NCBI GenBank assembly: GCA_032718475.1
Contig: JAUCBJ010005858.1
Span: forward strand, 1 to 62,754
DNA from: Nemertoderma westbladi
Lineage: Eukaryota > Animalia > Xenacoelomorpha
Direction of reading: 5' to 3'
Length of the DNA: 62,754 bases
Numbering within the stretch: position 1 is the stretch's first letter; each line of letters begins with the position of its first letter. The translations under genes were made by a program, and so were the position numbers. Under the pieces are notes generated by a model that saw only the letters and a program-made list of their open reading frames with translations, did not search any database and was not told the origin of the DNA. Below are positions 10,151-22,900 of the stretch, one piece after another.

Positions 10151-12826
10151 TCCCTTCCTTTCCTTTCCTTAGCTTTCCTTTCCTTTCCTTTCCTTTCCTT
10201 TCCTTTCCTTTCCTTTCCTTTCCTTTCCTTTCCTTTCCTTTCCTTTCCTCTTTCCTTTCCTTTCCTTTCCTTTCCTTTCCTTTCCTTTCCTTACTTCCTT
10301 CCTTTCCTTCCTTTCCTCCTTCCTACTTTCCTTTCCTTCCTTCTTCCTTTCCTTCATTCCTTTCCTACTTTCCTTTCCTTCCTTCCTCCTTTCCTTCCTT
10401 CCTTTCCTACTTTCCTTTCCTTCCTTCCACCTTTCCACCTTTCCTTCCTTCCACCTTTCCTCCTTCCTTCCTACTTCCTTTCCTTCCTTCCTCCTTCCTA
10501 CTTTCCTTCCTTCCTTCCACCTTCCTTCCTTCCACCTTTCCTTCCTTCCACCTTTCCTTCCTTCCACCTTTCCTTCCTTCCTTTCCTTCCTCTTCATTTC
10601 CTTCCTTCCTCCTTTCCTCCCTTCCTACTTTCATTTCCTTCCTTCCTTCCACCTTTCCTTCCTTCCACCTTTCCTTCCTTCCACCTTCCTTCCTTCCACC
10701 TTTCCTTATCTTCTCCTTTCCTTCCTCCCTTCCCTTCCTTCCTTCCTTCCTTCCTTCCTTCCTTCCTCCTTCCTTCCTTCCTTCCTCCTTCCTTTCCTTT
10801 CCTTTCCTTTCCTCTTCCTTTCCTTTCCTTTCCTTTCCTTCCTTCCTTCCACCTTTCCTTCCTTCCTTTCCTTTCTCCTCCGCCTTTCCTTCTTTCCTTT
10901 CTTCCTTCCACCATTCCTTCCTTCCTTTCCTTTCCTTTCCTTCCTTCCACCTTTCCTTTCTTCCTCCACCTTTCCTTCCTTCCTTCCACCTTTCCTTCCT
11001 TCCTTCCTTCCTTCCACCTTTCCTTCCTTCCACCTTTCCTTCCTTCCACCTTTCCTTCCTTCCACCTTTCCTTCCTTCTTTTCCTTTCCCTTCCTTTCCT
11101 TTCCTTTCCTTCCTTCCTCCTTTCCTTTCTTCCTCCACCTTTCCTTCCTTCCTTCCACCTTTCCTTCCTTCCTTCCACCTTTCCTTCCTTCCACCTTTCC
11201 TTCCTTCCACCTTTCCTTCCTACCACCTTTCCTTCCTTCCACCTTTCCTTCCTTCCACCTTTCCTTCCTTCCAGCTTTCCTTCCTACCACCTTTCCTTCC
11301 TTCCACCTTTCCTTCCTTCCACCTTTCCTTCCTACCACCTTTCCTTTCTTCCACCTTTCCTTCCTTCCACCTTTCCTTCCTTCCACCTTTCCTTCCTTCT
11401 TTTCCTTTCCTTTCCTTTCCTTTCCATCCTTCCACCTTTCCTTTCTTCCTCCACCTTTCCTTCCTTCCTTCCACCTTTCCTTCCTTCCTTCCACCTTTCC
11501 TTCCTTCCTTCCACCTTTCCTTCCTTCCACCTTTCCTTCCTTCCACCTTTCCTTCCTTCCACCTTTCCTTCCTTCTTTTCCTTTCCTTTCCTTTCCTTCC
11601 TTCCTTCCTTCCTTCCTTCCTTCCTTCCTTCCTCCTTCCTTCCTTCCTTCCTTCCTTCCTTCCTTCCTTTCCTTTCTTCCTTTCCTTCCTTCCACCATTC
11701 CTTCCTTCCTTTCCTTTCCTTTCCTTCCTTCCACCTTTCCTTTCTTCCTCCACCTTTCCTTCCTTCCTTCCACCTTTCCTTCCTTCCTTCCACCTTTCCA
11801 TCCTTCCTTCCACCTTTCCTTCCTTCCTTTCCTCCTCCGCCTTTCCTTCCTTCCACCTTTCCTTCCTTCCACCTTTCCTTCCTTCCACCTTTCCTTCCTT
11901 CCACCTTTCCTTCCTTCTTTTCCTTTCCTTTCCTTTCCTTCCTTCCTTCCACCTTTCCTTCCTCCTTTCCTTCCTTCCATTCCTACTTTCCTTCCCTTCT
12001 TCCTCCTTCCTTTCCTTTCTTCCTTCCTTTCCTTTCTTCCTTCCTTTCCTTCCTTCCACCATTCCTTCCTTCCTCCGCCTTTCCTTCCTTCCACCTTTCC
12101 TTCCTGTCCTTTCCTTCCTTCCTTCCACCTTTCCTTCCTTCCTTCCACCTTTCCTTCCTTCCACCTTTCCTTCCTTCCACCTTTCCTTCCTTCTTTTCCT
12201 TTCCTTTCCTTCCTTCCTTTCCTTTCTTCCTTTCCTTTCTTCCACCATTCCTTCCTTCCTTTCCTTCCTTCCTTTCCTTTCCTTTCCTTCCTTCCACCTT
12301 TCCTTTCTTCCTCCACCTTTCCTTCCTTCCTTCCACCTTTCCTTCCTTCCTTCCACCTTTCCTTCCTTCCTTCCACCTTTCCTTCCTTCCTTTCCTCCTC
12401 CGCCTTTCCTTCCTTCCACCTTTCCTTCCTTCCACCTTTCCTTCCTTCCACCTTTCCTTCCTTCCACCTTTCCTTCCTTCTTTTCCTTTCCTTTCCTTTC
12501 CTTTCCTTCCTTCCTTCCACCTTTCCTTCCTTCCATTCCTACTTTCCTTCCCTTCTTCCTCCTTCCTTTCCTTTCTTCCTTCCTTTCCTTCCTTCCACCA
12601 TTCCTTCCTTCCTTCCTTCCTCCGCCTTTCCTTCCTTTCCTTCCTTCCACCTTTCCTTCCTTCCACCTTTCCTTCCTGTCCTTTCCTTCCTTCCTTCCAC
12701 CTTTCCTTCCTTCCACCTTCCCTTCCTTCCTTCCTTTCCTTCCTGTCCTACTTTCCTTCCTTCCTTCCTTTCCTCCCCCTTCCTTCCATCCATCCATCCC
12801 TCCCTCCCACCCCCCTTCCTCCTCTT
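10151..12826. repeat. 2.7-kb polypyrimidine/polypurine compound microsatellite (CCTT, CCTTT, CCACCTTT units)
   Basis: The plus strand is almost entirely C/T. The overlapping K/E/G/R/W ORFs are translations of the repeat. Confidence 0.97.
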
Positions 12827-13281
12827 CAGAGAAAACATATATCATTTCTTAGAAAAATGATCTCGTACAAAATGACCCCCATGTGAAGCTTCCTGTACTG
12901 TTTGGGAAAGTACTCAGAATCTCTAATTTCTGCCAATGGTTGTCTATGAGGAATGCGTTCCGAGAAGGTAGTTTTTTTTCCACGGGAAAGGGAAAGTACA
13001 GGAGACTTCACTTGGGCCTAGGTCATTGAGTAATTAATTTTATAGACCTACTGTGAAGTCTACTCTAATTCCATTAAATATTACATTATATGTTCTACAA
13101 TAAAATAATATAAATAGCACAAATATTAAACTGTTAAACATTCGTTATAAATAATTAGCTAAATTAAAATATGCACATAGCAGCAGCATTGTTAACTAAA
13201 CAGATAATTCAGATTCTTATTAATTGGTTGAAATTTATTTGATTTACTTTCGAAGTTTAATAAGTAGCTTCGTATACGAAG

Positions 13282-13535
13282 GACATTGCTTTCGCCGTGA
13301 GGACCAGCCAGTGCATAATCTTGTACTTTGGCAGCCTCATGGAGTGAATAAGCATGGTGGACAACCCATGACTTTCTTGAGACGCATCTTAAAGGACACT
13401 GGCCTTGAAGATGCGGATGATCTAGCAAATGTCATGGGTGATAGGGAGTTGTGGCGGTGCGATTTTGTCGATAAGCCGGCACAGCATTCTTAAAAATGCA
13501 GCTGCAATGCAGCATGCCGATCCTAGTAGTAGTAG
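13282..13535 (+). mobile_element. 5'-truncated RTE LINE 3' end (254 bp) with (TAG)n tail and 12-bp TSD
   Basis: Near-identical to ~22398-22652. TSD TCGTATACGAAG at 13270-13281 and 13536-13547. Confidence 0.92.
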
Positions 13536-14553
13536 TCGTATACGAAGCAATAGTTCCTTTCAACCAATCCCGATGTACTAAACCTTTGATCCATCGTTTC
13601 GGTATCGCCTTGTAACCAAGTAAACAACCAATGAGAGCCCCTGCTACGGCCGCGTTGGTGTCTGCGTCACCGGCTTCCATGGTTACCATTGTCAACGCTT
13701 TCTCGAAGTCCTTCTGCCTCAGTGCCCAGAACCCCGCACCCATCGTCTTATAAGTGTAACCGATCTTATTCGGCTCGGCTAGTTTGAGTTCCTCTAGACT
13801 CGCGTACATGTGGAACTTAAGTTCCTCACGTTCCTCATCGCTCTCCAACTGTTGGGCCGCTAGTTCGAAACTATGACCCATAACCTGCTCCACGTCGACG
13901 GGCTTCCCGCCGGCGCGGGCAGCCAGAATCTGGGCGATCGTCGCGCTCACCGCTACACAACTGGCGACGCACCGCGGGTCATGGTGAGTAACCATAGCAA
14001 CCTGTCTGGCGTTCTCGACCACGGCGTCGAGGTCCCAGAAGCGATGGACGCCGAGAACGGAGGTTCGCATGACGGCCCCGTTAGGCGCCGCTCGTCGATT
14101 CAACCGCTCCCACACGGCGAGCGACGCGGCGTGGGGGTCCGTTAGTATATCGGGATGTGTTAGAACCGCCATGGTAGTCCGACCAACCCCGAGACCACAG
14201 GAATCCCCCAACTCGCTGAAACCTTCCTTCATCCACTTAACTAAACGCGTCGCCACGTCCTGCACATCAACCTCCCCGCCGGTGGACGTCAGCGATTGGA
14301 CGATGCACAGCATCTGGTCGCTATCATCTGTCCAATCACCTTTCTTGAATCTGGCGCGGTGCCCATCCTCAACCATGTGGGAGTATTTGAGATTACGGTG
14401 TTTACCGTACGCGCCTGAGGCTTGCGATTTAGTCATAAACTCTGTAAGGAGACCGATGGCGTCGCCGACACAGTTGCCGTAGAATGTACCGTGAATGTAT
14501 TCCATAAGGGCAGACCAATCGACGGAAGGCTGCGGTGGCTCGGAGGTCGCCAT
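13432..14553 (-). CDS. ADP-ribosylglycohydrolase (ARH/DraG family), intronless; C-terminal ~34 aa derived from antisense RTE
   Basis: Motifs GNCVGDAIG, DWTDDSDQM, NGAVMR, THHDPR, GDADTNAAVAGAL. First ATG at 14553. The ancestral stop is at 13244-13246. Confidence 0.88.
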   Translation of the reverse strand: MATSEPPQPSVDWSALMEYIHGTFYGNCVGDAIGLLTEFMTKSQASGAYGKHRNLKYSHMVEDGHRARFKKGDWTDDSDQMLCIVQSLTSTGGEVDVQDVATRLVKWMKEGFSELGDSCGLGVGRTTMAVLTHPDILTDPHAASLAVWERLNRRAAPNGAVMRTSVLGVHRFWDLDAVVENARQVAMVTHHDPRCVASCVAVSATIAQILAARAGGKPVDVEQVMGHSFELAAQQLESDEEREELKFHMYASLEELKLAEPNKIGYTYKTMGAGFWALRQKDFEKALTMVTMEAGDADTNAAVAGALIGCLLGYKAIPKRWIKGLVHRDWLKGTIASYTTTTTRIGMLHCSCIFKNAVPAYRQNRTATTPYHP

Positions 14554-16972
14554 CCCTGACACAGACCGAACTATTAATTCTTACTACTCACTCACACACA
14601 CCAGGAGCAGCACATTCAGACATTGCACATACCTGCATACTTGAGACGATTACAATGCAACAATGAAGTTATATTGGAGCCTGAGCCTGAATACTAACTT
14701 TGATTAAATTTACTCCATCAGCGAGAGGGGGGCTATTCCGGCTATTGACACAAATCCAACTCAGCGAATTATATTAACTATTATATTGACTTTAGTTTAT
14801 TGTTTTGGTTTGTGGCACTTCGTAACCTCCTGCTCCTTTCTCGTAATGGATAATTTAACATTGAGACGACTTATTACTTTATTATTCGCCAAAATGGGAT
14901 ATTTGCGCCCAAGCCCAACTCAATGTTACAATATAAATTAAGGGAAAGGAGCAGGTTACAAGGTTAAGGTACAAGTTAATTGGGTGATTTTCCCCTGGAG
15001 AGCCAGGGATGAATTTTGAAGTGATTTGTTCTAAATATAATAGTCACTTGCTTGTTGTCCAAACAATATTTTTATGATTTATGATTTTAATGATTTGCGC
15101 GAAAGTGGTTGCTGCGTTTTTAAAGGGGTCTCCATGGAAAATAGGTTTAACCTTATGGGGCTATCCCTTGCATTCTATTACATATTACTTTTAATTGGAT
15201 GTACTTACTAAGACGTAGTTGAGAATACTAGTGCTTCTGGGATGCTCATATCTCAGCTATTTCCCAACCAAATTCAAATTGTATTTATTTGGAATCGGTG
15301 CATGGCCAGCTTTCCATTGATACCAACAAATCAAAATAAGATGTATGATTCCAGGTCATGTTAATGTTAAATGAGACAATGTCGCACTGCGATTTAAAGT
15401 TGGAAAATATATCGCCCTGTCGATTTGGTAGTGCGAAATTAAATCCATAAATAAATAAGATACGATATTATTAATATATTTTCTATAGTTTCGAAAATGA
15501 AGATTCGAGAATGAGATTTTTAGAATGCCGCATTGTATTAAGTTCATAAATATTTAGTTCAATCAATCATGATTGTGGATATTTTTTCTATATTATAAAA
15601 CACATATTTTCGTCGCCAAATATAATGTAATTATTTTAATGTTTCGTCTGTATTATAATAATTCTCGCTAGGCTGGGACCCTCAAACACTTCGCTCCTGT
15701 GTAATAATAATATAAAGTATGCACCTATAAAATATAAATATATATACAGTATATAAATCTTTAATAAGCATCTAATTGTAGGCATCATAGAAACACAAAA
15801 TTATAGAAATAGCACAATATCAGAAAGTTAGAACTGAAATTAAATGTTAATCCATAAAATTATGAGTTATGGTATGATTTTAACAAACAGAAACTAGGAA
15901 TCTCAGCAGGTCTACTGATCGAGTAGCTTGGAGACTGCTGAGCCGGGCTAATCGGTAAGTTCATATCTTGAAGAACAAAGAACTTGTTTGAGCATAACGA
16001 TCTGCTCGAAGCGAGCGGGACATTCAAAAGAGGAAATGAGTTTCAGATGTATAATGAAATGTATAATAATCATATAAAGTGATTGATTATTAGACTTTGA
16101 AAAAATAATATGGCCTTTAAATTTATTTGTTTGAAAGGCTATTAGTCATATTATCATTTTAAACGGTAAATAAATTACATTGTTATTCTACGGCGCTTTA
16201 AATTAGAACATCCTTGACATTTTTGTACGTCGCCTCGCTCCATGCTCCTCACATTTCATTTAATTCTACTTGTTTTTATTATATAAATCGTTTGTATATA
16301 AACTATATTTAATGTAATTAATTATATAATTAATTACATAATTACATTTGGTATACAAATTTATATAATTTGTATTTTATTGCAGTCAACAAAAATCAAG
16401 ACATTCACAAAAGCTTACTGTAAGTAAAAGTAGGCCAAATATATTAATAAATAATTTGAACAACATTAACTGATCATGAATGACAATCAATTTCAGTGAC
16501 TTTTATTGAAGAATGTACAGACTCCATGCCACGACTCTTTCACAGTAACAATAACATTTGACAGCGGTTGCTGTGAATTTGTCCCAGAATTGGGGTGAAT
16601 ACCGGCATTAGGAGGTACCAATACGGCTATGGAGCAGCCCTTGTTATTTAGGTTTGTGGTGCCAAGATTTCAGATATTGGCGCCTATTTGAAGGAGAGCA
16701 ATATAGATAGGCCTACGCAGGAGTTAGGTTATCAATGGAATTTGGTATAACAAATTACGAGTTTTAAGTTATAATAACACACATTCTTATAAACTTAACA
16801 ATATTTTACAATTTTTGAAAATAATTTTCCGGAGATGATTTCAGCATACAATTATAATATAACCTAAATTAGCGTGGAATATTTTATTATTTATTGTATC
16901 CAATATGTTATTATGTAACCTTAATCTGAATTAGGAGTTGAGTAGCGGTGGAATTTCGGCGAAGTCTCTAAG

Positions 16973-19900
16973 ATGGCAAACATAAGCCGGAGTCCACCAG
17001 AGGTGAACGGAGATGGAGACCGAATGAATGAAGATCACTTGGAGAACATTGGCGATAATACGAAGGAAGAATTGCGACGAATAAGAAGTAAGTGTTAACA
17101 GTGTATTTGTGTATTATTCATCGCGGGACCTCGACAATATTATAAGCAGATGTTGAGATGTTATAATTTCAATTTATTCTTAATTAACTATTCGTATTTT
17201 AGTTTTTATTGCCTCCATTTCTGTCTTCATTCAATGCTGACAATTCTGGAATATAAGAAAGTTTGTTTGCTATTTTTGAATCTGGAAACAGGAAGTGGTG
17301 TATCAAATATTTCAAATGTGTCATTAAATTATATTATATGTGTATTATATTAATATTTTAATTTATATTCCAGAAGGGAATATGTTAGCAAAAGATATTC
17401 AACAAGTATTGCAGAAGAAGCTTGTAACATTACCAGGTAAATTATGCATTTCAATTATTTTAAAGTTCGCCATTGCGCACAGGTATAGATAGGGCATGAA
17501 TAATTTACTCTTAAATCGTGAAAAAAATAGATGAGATATGGTGGTATGGGCGTTAGATATTTAGCATGGTTTTGCATCTGCGCGTGGCTATTTTATTCTT
17601 TTTAAAAATGTATATAATTCTGGAACATTATAATTATTTACCTCATAAAGTAGCTGGTCAACAATGAAATACTGTACCTATACAACATTTCTATCTGTTT
17701 CTTAGCTAGTCATACATAAACATAAAGTTCCAGAACATCCGAACGCATGCAGGGCCGAAGGACCATTTTCTATGTTATTTTTCATATGTTTCATATGATA
17801 CGCCTCTCTCAAAAATAACCCAAAACACCGTATTTTCATTAAAAAATTAATTATGTTCTGATAGCCACCCCCTATTTTATTTTATAATTACCGGGACGCG
17901 ATGTGTCTTCACAAACCTCTATAAAAAAATTAGGAGACGGGATCCATGGATACTATGATGACTGGCGCAATGGTCACGATATACTTCGAATATAATTTAA
18001 AGATGTAAAGCATTGCAAATTAAATAATATTTATTATTTACAGGGGGGCGCGATAAACGCGGTGGACCTATATTGATAATCCCCGCCCACGTCATTAAAA
18101 ATTCGCCACTGGAATGGAGCCAATCGGAAATGCTAACAACATTAGTTTATCTTTCAAGGATTCCATCGTTAGTTCTAGTTCTCCATTAGAAATTCCCCTT
18201 TTTTTGACCAAACATCAGATTCTTTCTAAACTTTTGACGGACTGCATACGTACCAAGTTTGGTTTAATTTCAGCAATGATTGGCAGACTTATTTCGGTTT
18301 TATCCAACCTCTAAACTACCGGTATCACAGACAGACTGTAGGATTTTTACCAAACTGCAGAATCTTTTTAACCCGTTGACAGACCACATGTTTACCAAGT
18401 TGACCACATGTTTTAATTTCATCAATGATTGACCGATTGAGCGGTTTTTATCAAAAGTCTGAAACTAATGATACCGACTGTCAAACTCTCTAACTTTTGA
18501 CCAAACTTCAGATTCTATCTATACTTTTGACGGACTACATACGTAGAAAGTTTGGTTTAATTTCATCACGGAGATACAGAGTAATTAGTGATCAAAAATT
18601 TACGACGGCGACAGACAACTCGTTAATGGTACCCATATGCTATGTCTTCATTCACTTCGTGGATCGCCCCACAAAAAAGTTATCATGTAAAATTATATTA
18701 CGGTTATTACAAACTTTTATATCTTTAATTGATATATTTTTTTTGAATTTTTTAAAGATTTCTCACGAATGCGAGGGGGTTCAATGGTCCATCATCTATT
18801 TATGAGGTAAATTAAAAACGTTTACCATTTTGGAAAAAAAAAATTACAAATAATAACTTGAGAGGCGCTATATTATTCAAAATCTATTGGAAATGTTAAA
18901 GCTTGTAGCCTCTGTGGACGGTTTTTAATGAAAGTACTTTTTGACAATGTTTTAACAATTTTTATATTTGTTTTGTTTAATATTTCCAGAGATAAGGCTC
19001 GAGGTTTGGGGTTTACCGTTATAGTAGATCTCGCTGCCGCCAAGGGGCGCTATATAAAGACACTAACGAACATAATATCGAACGGATTGGAAAACATTAA
19101 ATTAATGTGTTTATTAAAACCCCGAGCTTTCCTCGATAAACAACTAAAAAACTTGACGCAGAAACGGAATTTGAAAGACCACTTCCCATTCCAGGTAGGA
19201 AATAATTAGGTTAAATTAGTGATTCGATGAATATTACAATTAGTTTTTTTAAACAAGGCCAAACCACGCAGGAAAGGCGAATCACTGCATCTTACTCTCT
19301 TTCAAAAATTTATATAGTACCCCGTCGACCGATGGGAAAAAACCTGGCTCTGATGTAACAACCACATTATGGCTTTTCCTACGACAGCACCACAGGGTGA
19401 TAATGGATAGTCGCTGGAACATGTTGCGGATGGAGTCGCTTGAGGGAAATACCTCGCCTCCGAGGCCTTAGGGGCGGTCGGTTTGTTTTGAAACTCATAC
19501 ATTTCATTTACATACTTTACTAAGTGTATACTATTTGTTATCAATCACAATAATAAATCTTTTTTTTCCATGAAAAAATAATTCTTTTACCCTTCCCGGT
19601 GTATAAAAGCGGGAAAAAAGTCTTTTTGTTTTCATTGTAATAAATAATTCATAACTTAAAAATCATTGTCAACCTAATTTTTCCAGGTAGTTTTAATATC
19701 CCTGAATAAACTTGAAAAATATGTGGATCCAAGTCAATTACCAATGGATATTCGCGGACAATTGTATTACAACCATGAATTCTGGATACAAAATCGAATA
19801 GTAAGTAGTGAGAATAATAAATTATGTTCCACACATAAAAACACTATTCCCTAAAGAAGGCAGAAAATTTGTTGGAATATTTGGGACACAAAAAAGTTAA

Positions 19901-22900
19901 ATTCAGTAATGGGTTTACAGTAGTATTTAATAAATTAATAATTGCTGTTTTGGATTTAGGATTACGAGAATTATATGCAGAACACCTTAGAAGCAATAAA
20001 CCTAATTGAAAGGAAACAAGGAGAATTAATAGAAATCGACTCGGTAATAGAAAGAGGAGAAGGAATTATTTATAGTTTAAAGCGGCAATGTTCATCATCT
20101 TCAACCAATATTACTCAAGATCTTATTGTTGTAGAGGATTGCGTTGATATGATTAGCAATGTGGAGAAACTTGTAGATGAACTGAAAGTTTACAGGTCAG
20201 AATAGCAGAAGAAACGAAACATATTAGGCCTATATACAGTAATGTAGGGCCTAGGCCTACTGTACAACTAACAGTAGGCCGACTCAGTGAGTTAGGTCTA
20301 TTGTTAAATACTAAAGGACATTGTAAATAATATTATTATTTTATTGAATGTGTTCATATTGGTGGGACGAATCGAGATCTTACGTGATTGTGTTCAGAAA
20401 GACGGTGCTTGGTGCTTGTCATAGTATTTTATATATGAAGATTTTTTATTTTTTTAAATTTATCTTTATTAAGTGTTTTATAGCGCTTATTTCTGTCTTA
20501 TAACCTGTACAGATAATAATTCGTTTATTGTTTTGGTTAGATTCAGCCCTTCTGTAACCTGTATTTTTGGTGAAAACCTGGTATTCTTCACATGGGGGTA
20601 ACTGCAAAGTGAAATATAGCGGCAGAAAGTCTGGTATTCATCACATGGGCCGTGAATTGACTACATACGATTTTTCTCATACCACCGGTCAGGTACCCCC
20701 TAAAATATGAAATAATTTGTGGTCTAACAAATACCGGTATTTGGTTTTATTGTTCTTCCTACAGAAGTTCTACGAACGACAGTCTAGAAAATATATACAA
20801 AAAGTTTCGTGCGCGGTCGAAAGAGTTGTCTCTGTGGTTGTCCGGCCCCGCGGAGCGCAGTCTAGCGGCCTTAAATGGAATCGGAAAGACGCAAACCGAA
20901 TCGGAAGATTTGAGGAAGAAACACGATTCTTTGGAACTGAAATGCGCAGTTAGTGATAGGGCCAAAGTAGCCAGTTAATCTTGTTAAGATAAAACTTCAC
21001 AACTGTTCTCACTCTCAGATGGTCAATATTAGGCACTAGTGTCAAATAGGGGACCCTCCTAATCTGCTAACTGAAATCACCTGCTAATCCTGATATTTAG
21101 CAGGTGATAACAATCTTCCTAACCCTCGTTTATTGTTTTGGTTCCTTTCAGCTCGCCTCTGAGTGTTTAAAGCTCATCTATCCCATCATAGTAGACATGT
21201 ACCGTACAACAAGAGTCCCACAAGAAATGAAAACAAATAAGTTGGTGCCAGTTCCCAAGAAGGGCAACCTAACACTCTATGGTTCTTTTCGGGGAATCTC
21301 ATTGATCTCGATTGCTGCAAAACTATACAATAGAATTTTATTAAATCGCATCAGGGATCCCATTGAGAGACTGCTACGTGGAAATCAGAATGGGTTCCGT
21401 AAAGGTCGTGGGACCATGGAGCCCATTTTGGCACTTAGAAGGATAATTGAAGAGTTATCAAAAAAGAAAGACAGGCATCTGGCTGTTATCTTTGTTGACT
21501 TCTTCAAGGCCTTTGATTCAGTCTCTCGCTCACGTATGTTCAGCATACTTTCATTATATGGGATTCCTGATGAAATTATTGCAGCAATCAGATCAGTATA
21601 CGATGGTTCGACAACATTTGTGTCTACTGTTGATGGTGACACAGAACCATTTGAAGTGTTATGGGGCGTCCTCCAAGGAGACACACTTGCACCATTCTTG
21701 TTCATTATTGTGGTTGACTATGTTCTACGCATGTCCTTAGATCATCATAATGATGATGGGGTGATGATAACTCCACCTACTGGCTCCAGAAGTCGAGGAA
21801 ATCCTGCCAAGTACCTAACTGATCTAGACTTTGCTGATGACTTAGGAGTACTCTCAGAATCATTAGAGGGAGCCCAGCGGCTCCTCAGCTCATTAGAACA
21901 TGCTGCTTCTAGTGTTGGTCTTTTTATTAACTCCAGAAAGACCAAAATTCTGACAGTTAACTTTGAAAGTCCTCAGCAAGTCTCTGATCGGATGAGCATA
22001 AGCTCAAAGGATGGTATGCTTGAGCATGTGGACGACTTCTGTTACCTGGGATCATGGATCCGGAAGTCAGGTGAGGACCTTCGAATACGTAAGGGAAAGG
22101 CATGGGCAGCCTTGAATAGGCTTTCCAGGATTTGGAAGTCACCTAGAATTAATCGGAAACTTAAGGTCCGATTATTCAGAGCAGCAGTAGTTCCAGTACT
22201 CCTCTATGGGAGTCCATGCTGGGCTCTAACTGCTGAGGACACCAAATCTCTGGATGGCACATTCACAAGAATGCTACGCCGGGTACATTGTGTCAAGTAC
22301 AATGCACACATCTCCAACCAGACACTATATAACATTGGAGGTGTCTCATTGGTTCCCCCAAGCTTGACACTAGAACAAAATCGCCTCCGCTTTGCAGGAC
22401 ATTGCTTTCGCCGTGAGGACCAGCCAGTGCATAATCTTGTACTTTGGCAGCCTCATGGAGTGAATAAGCATGGTGGACAGCCCATGACTTTCTTGAGACG
22501 CATCTTAAAGGACACTGGCCTTAAAGATGCGGATGATCTAGCAAATGTCATGGGTGATAGGGAGTTGTGGCGGTGCAATTTTGTTGACAAGCCGGCACAG
22601 CATTCTTAAAAATGCAGCTGCAATGCAGCATGCCGATCCTAGTAGTAGTAGTAGTAACCTGTTCCTTTACTAACCGGGCACTACAGTAGTGACTTCAGTT
22701 TATGTGATTTCAGGATTAGCAGGTTAGGAGGGTCCCTTATTTGACACAAGTGCCCGCAATATTTACGTATAATACAGAATACAGGTATAGTTAATATTAA
22801 TATCTCGTATTCTAGGGTGCGTTCAGCAACTACGCAAGCCAACGACAAATAGCAGATAATCTGATTACGAGAGGCTATAAAGTAAACGAGGTTAACGAAA

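Noticed and set aside
10169-12845. Long K/E/G/R/W-rich ORFs (up to 604 aa)
   Set aside because: Translations of a purine microsatellite that is open in all three frames.
13432-14553. Bacterial origin or contamination for the intronless genes
   Set aside because: They lie among spliceosomal exons and animal transposons, and most are eukaryote-type proteins. ARH origin cannot be judged without a phylogeny.
21104-21158. Hydrophobic N-terminus of the 501-aa RT ORF as a signal peptide or domesticated gene
   Set aside because: The GTG start lies in the flanking MITE; RTE homology begins only at ~21159.
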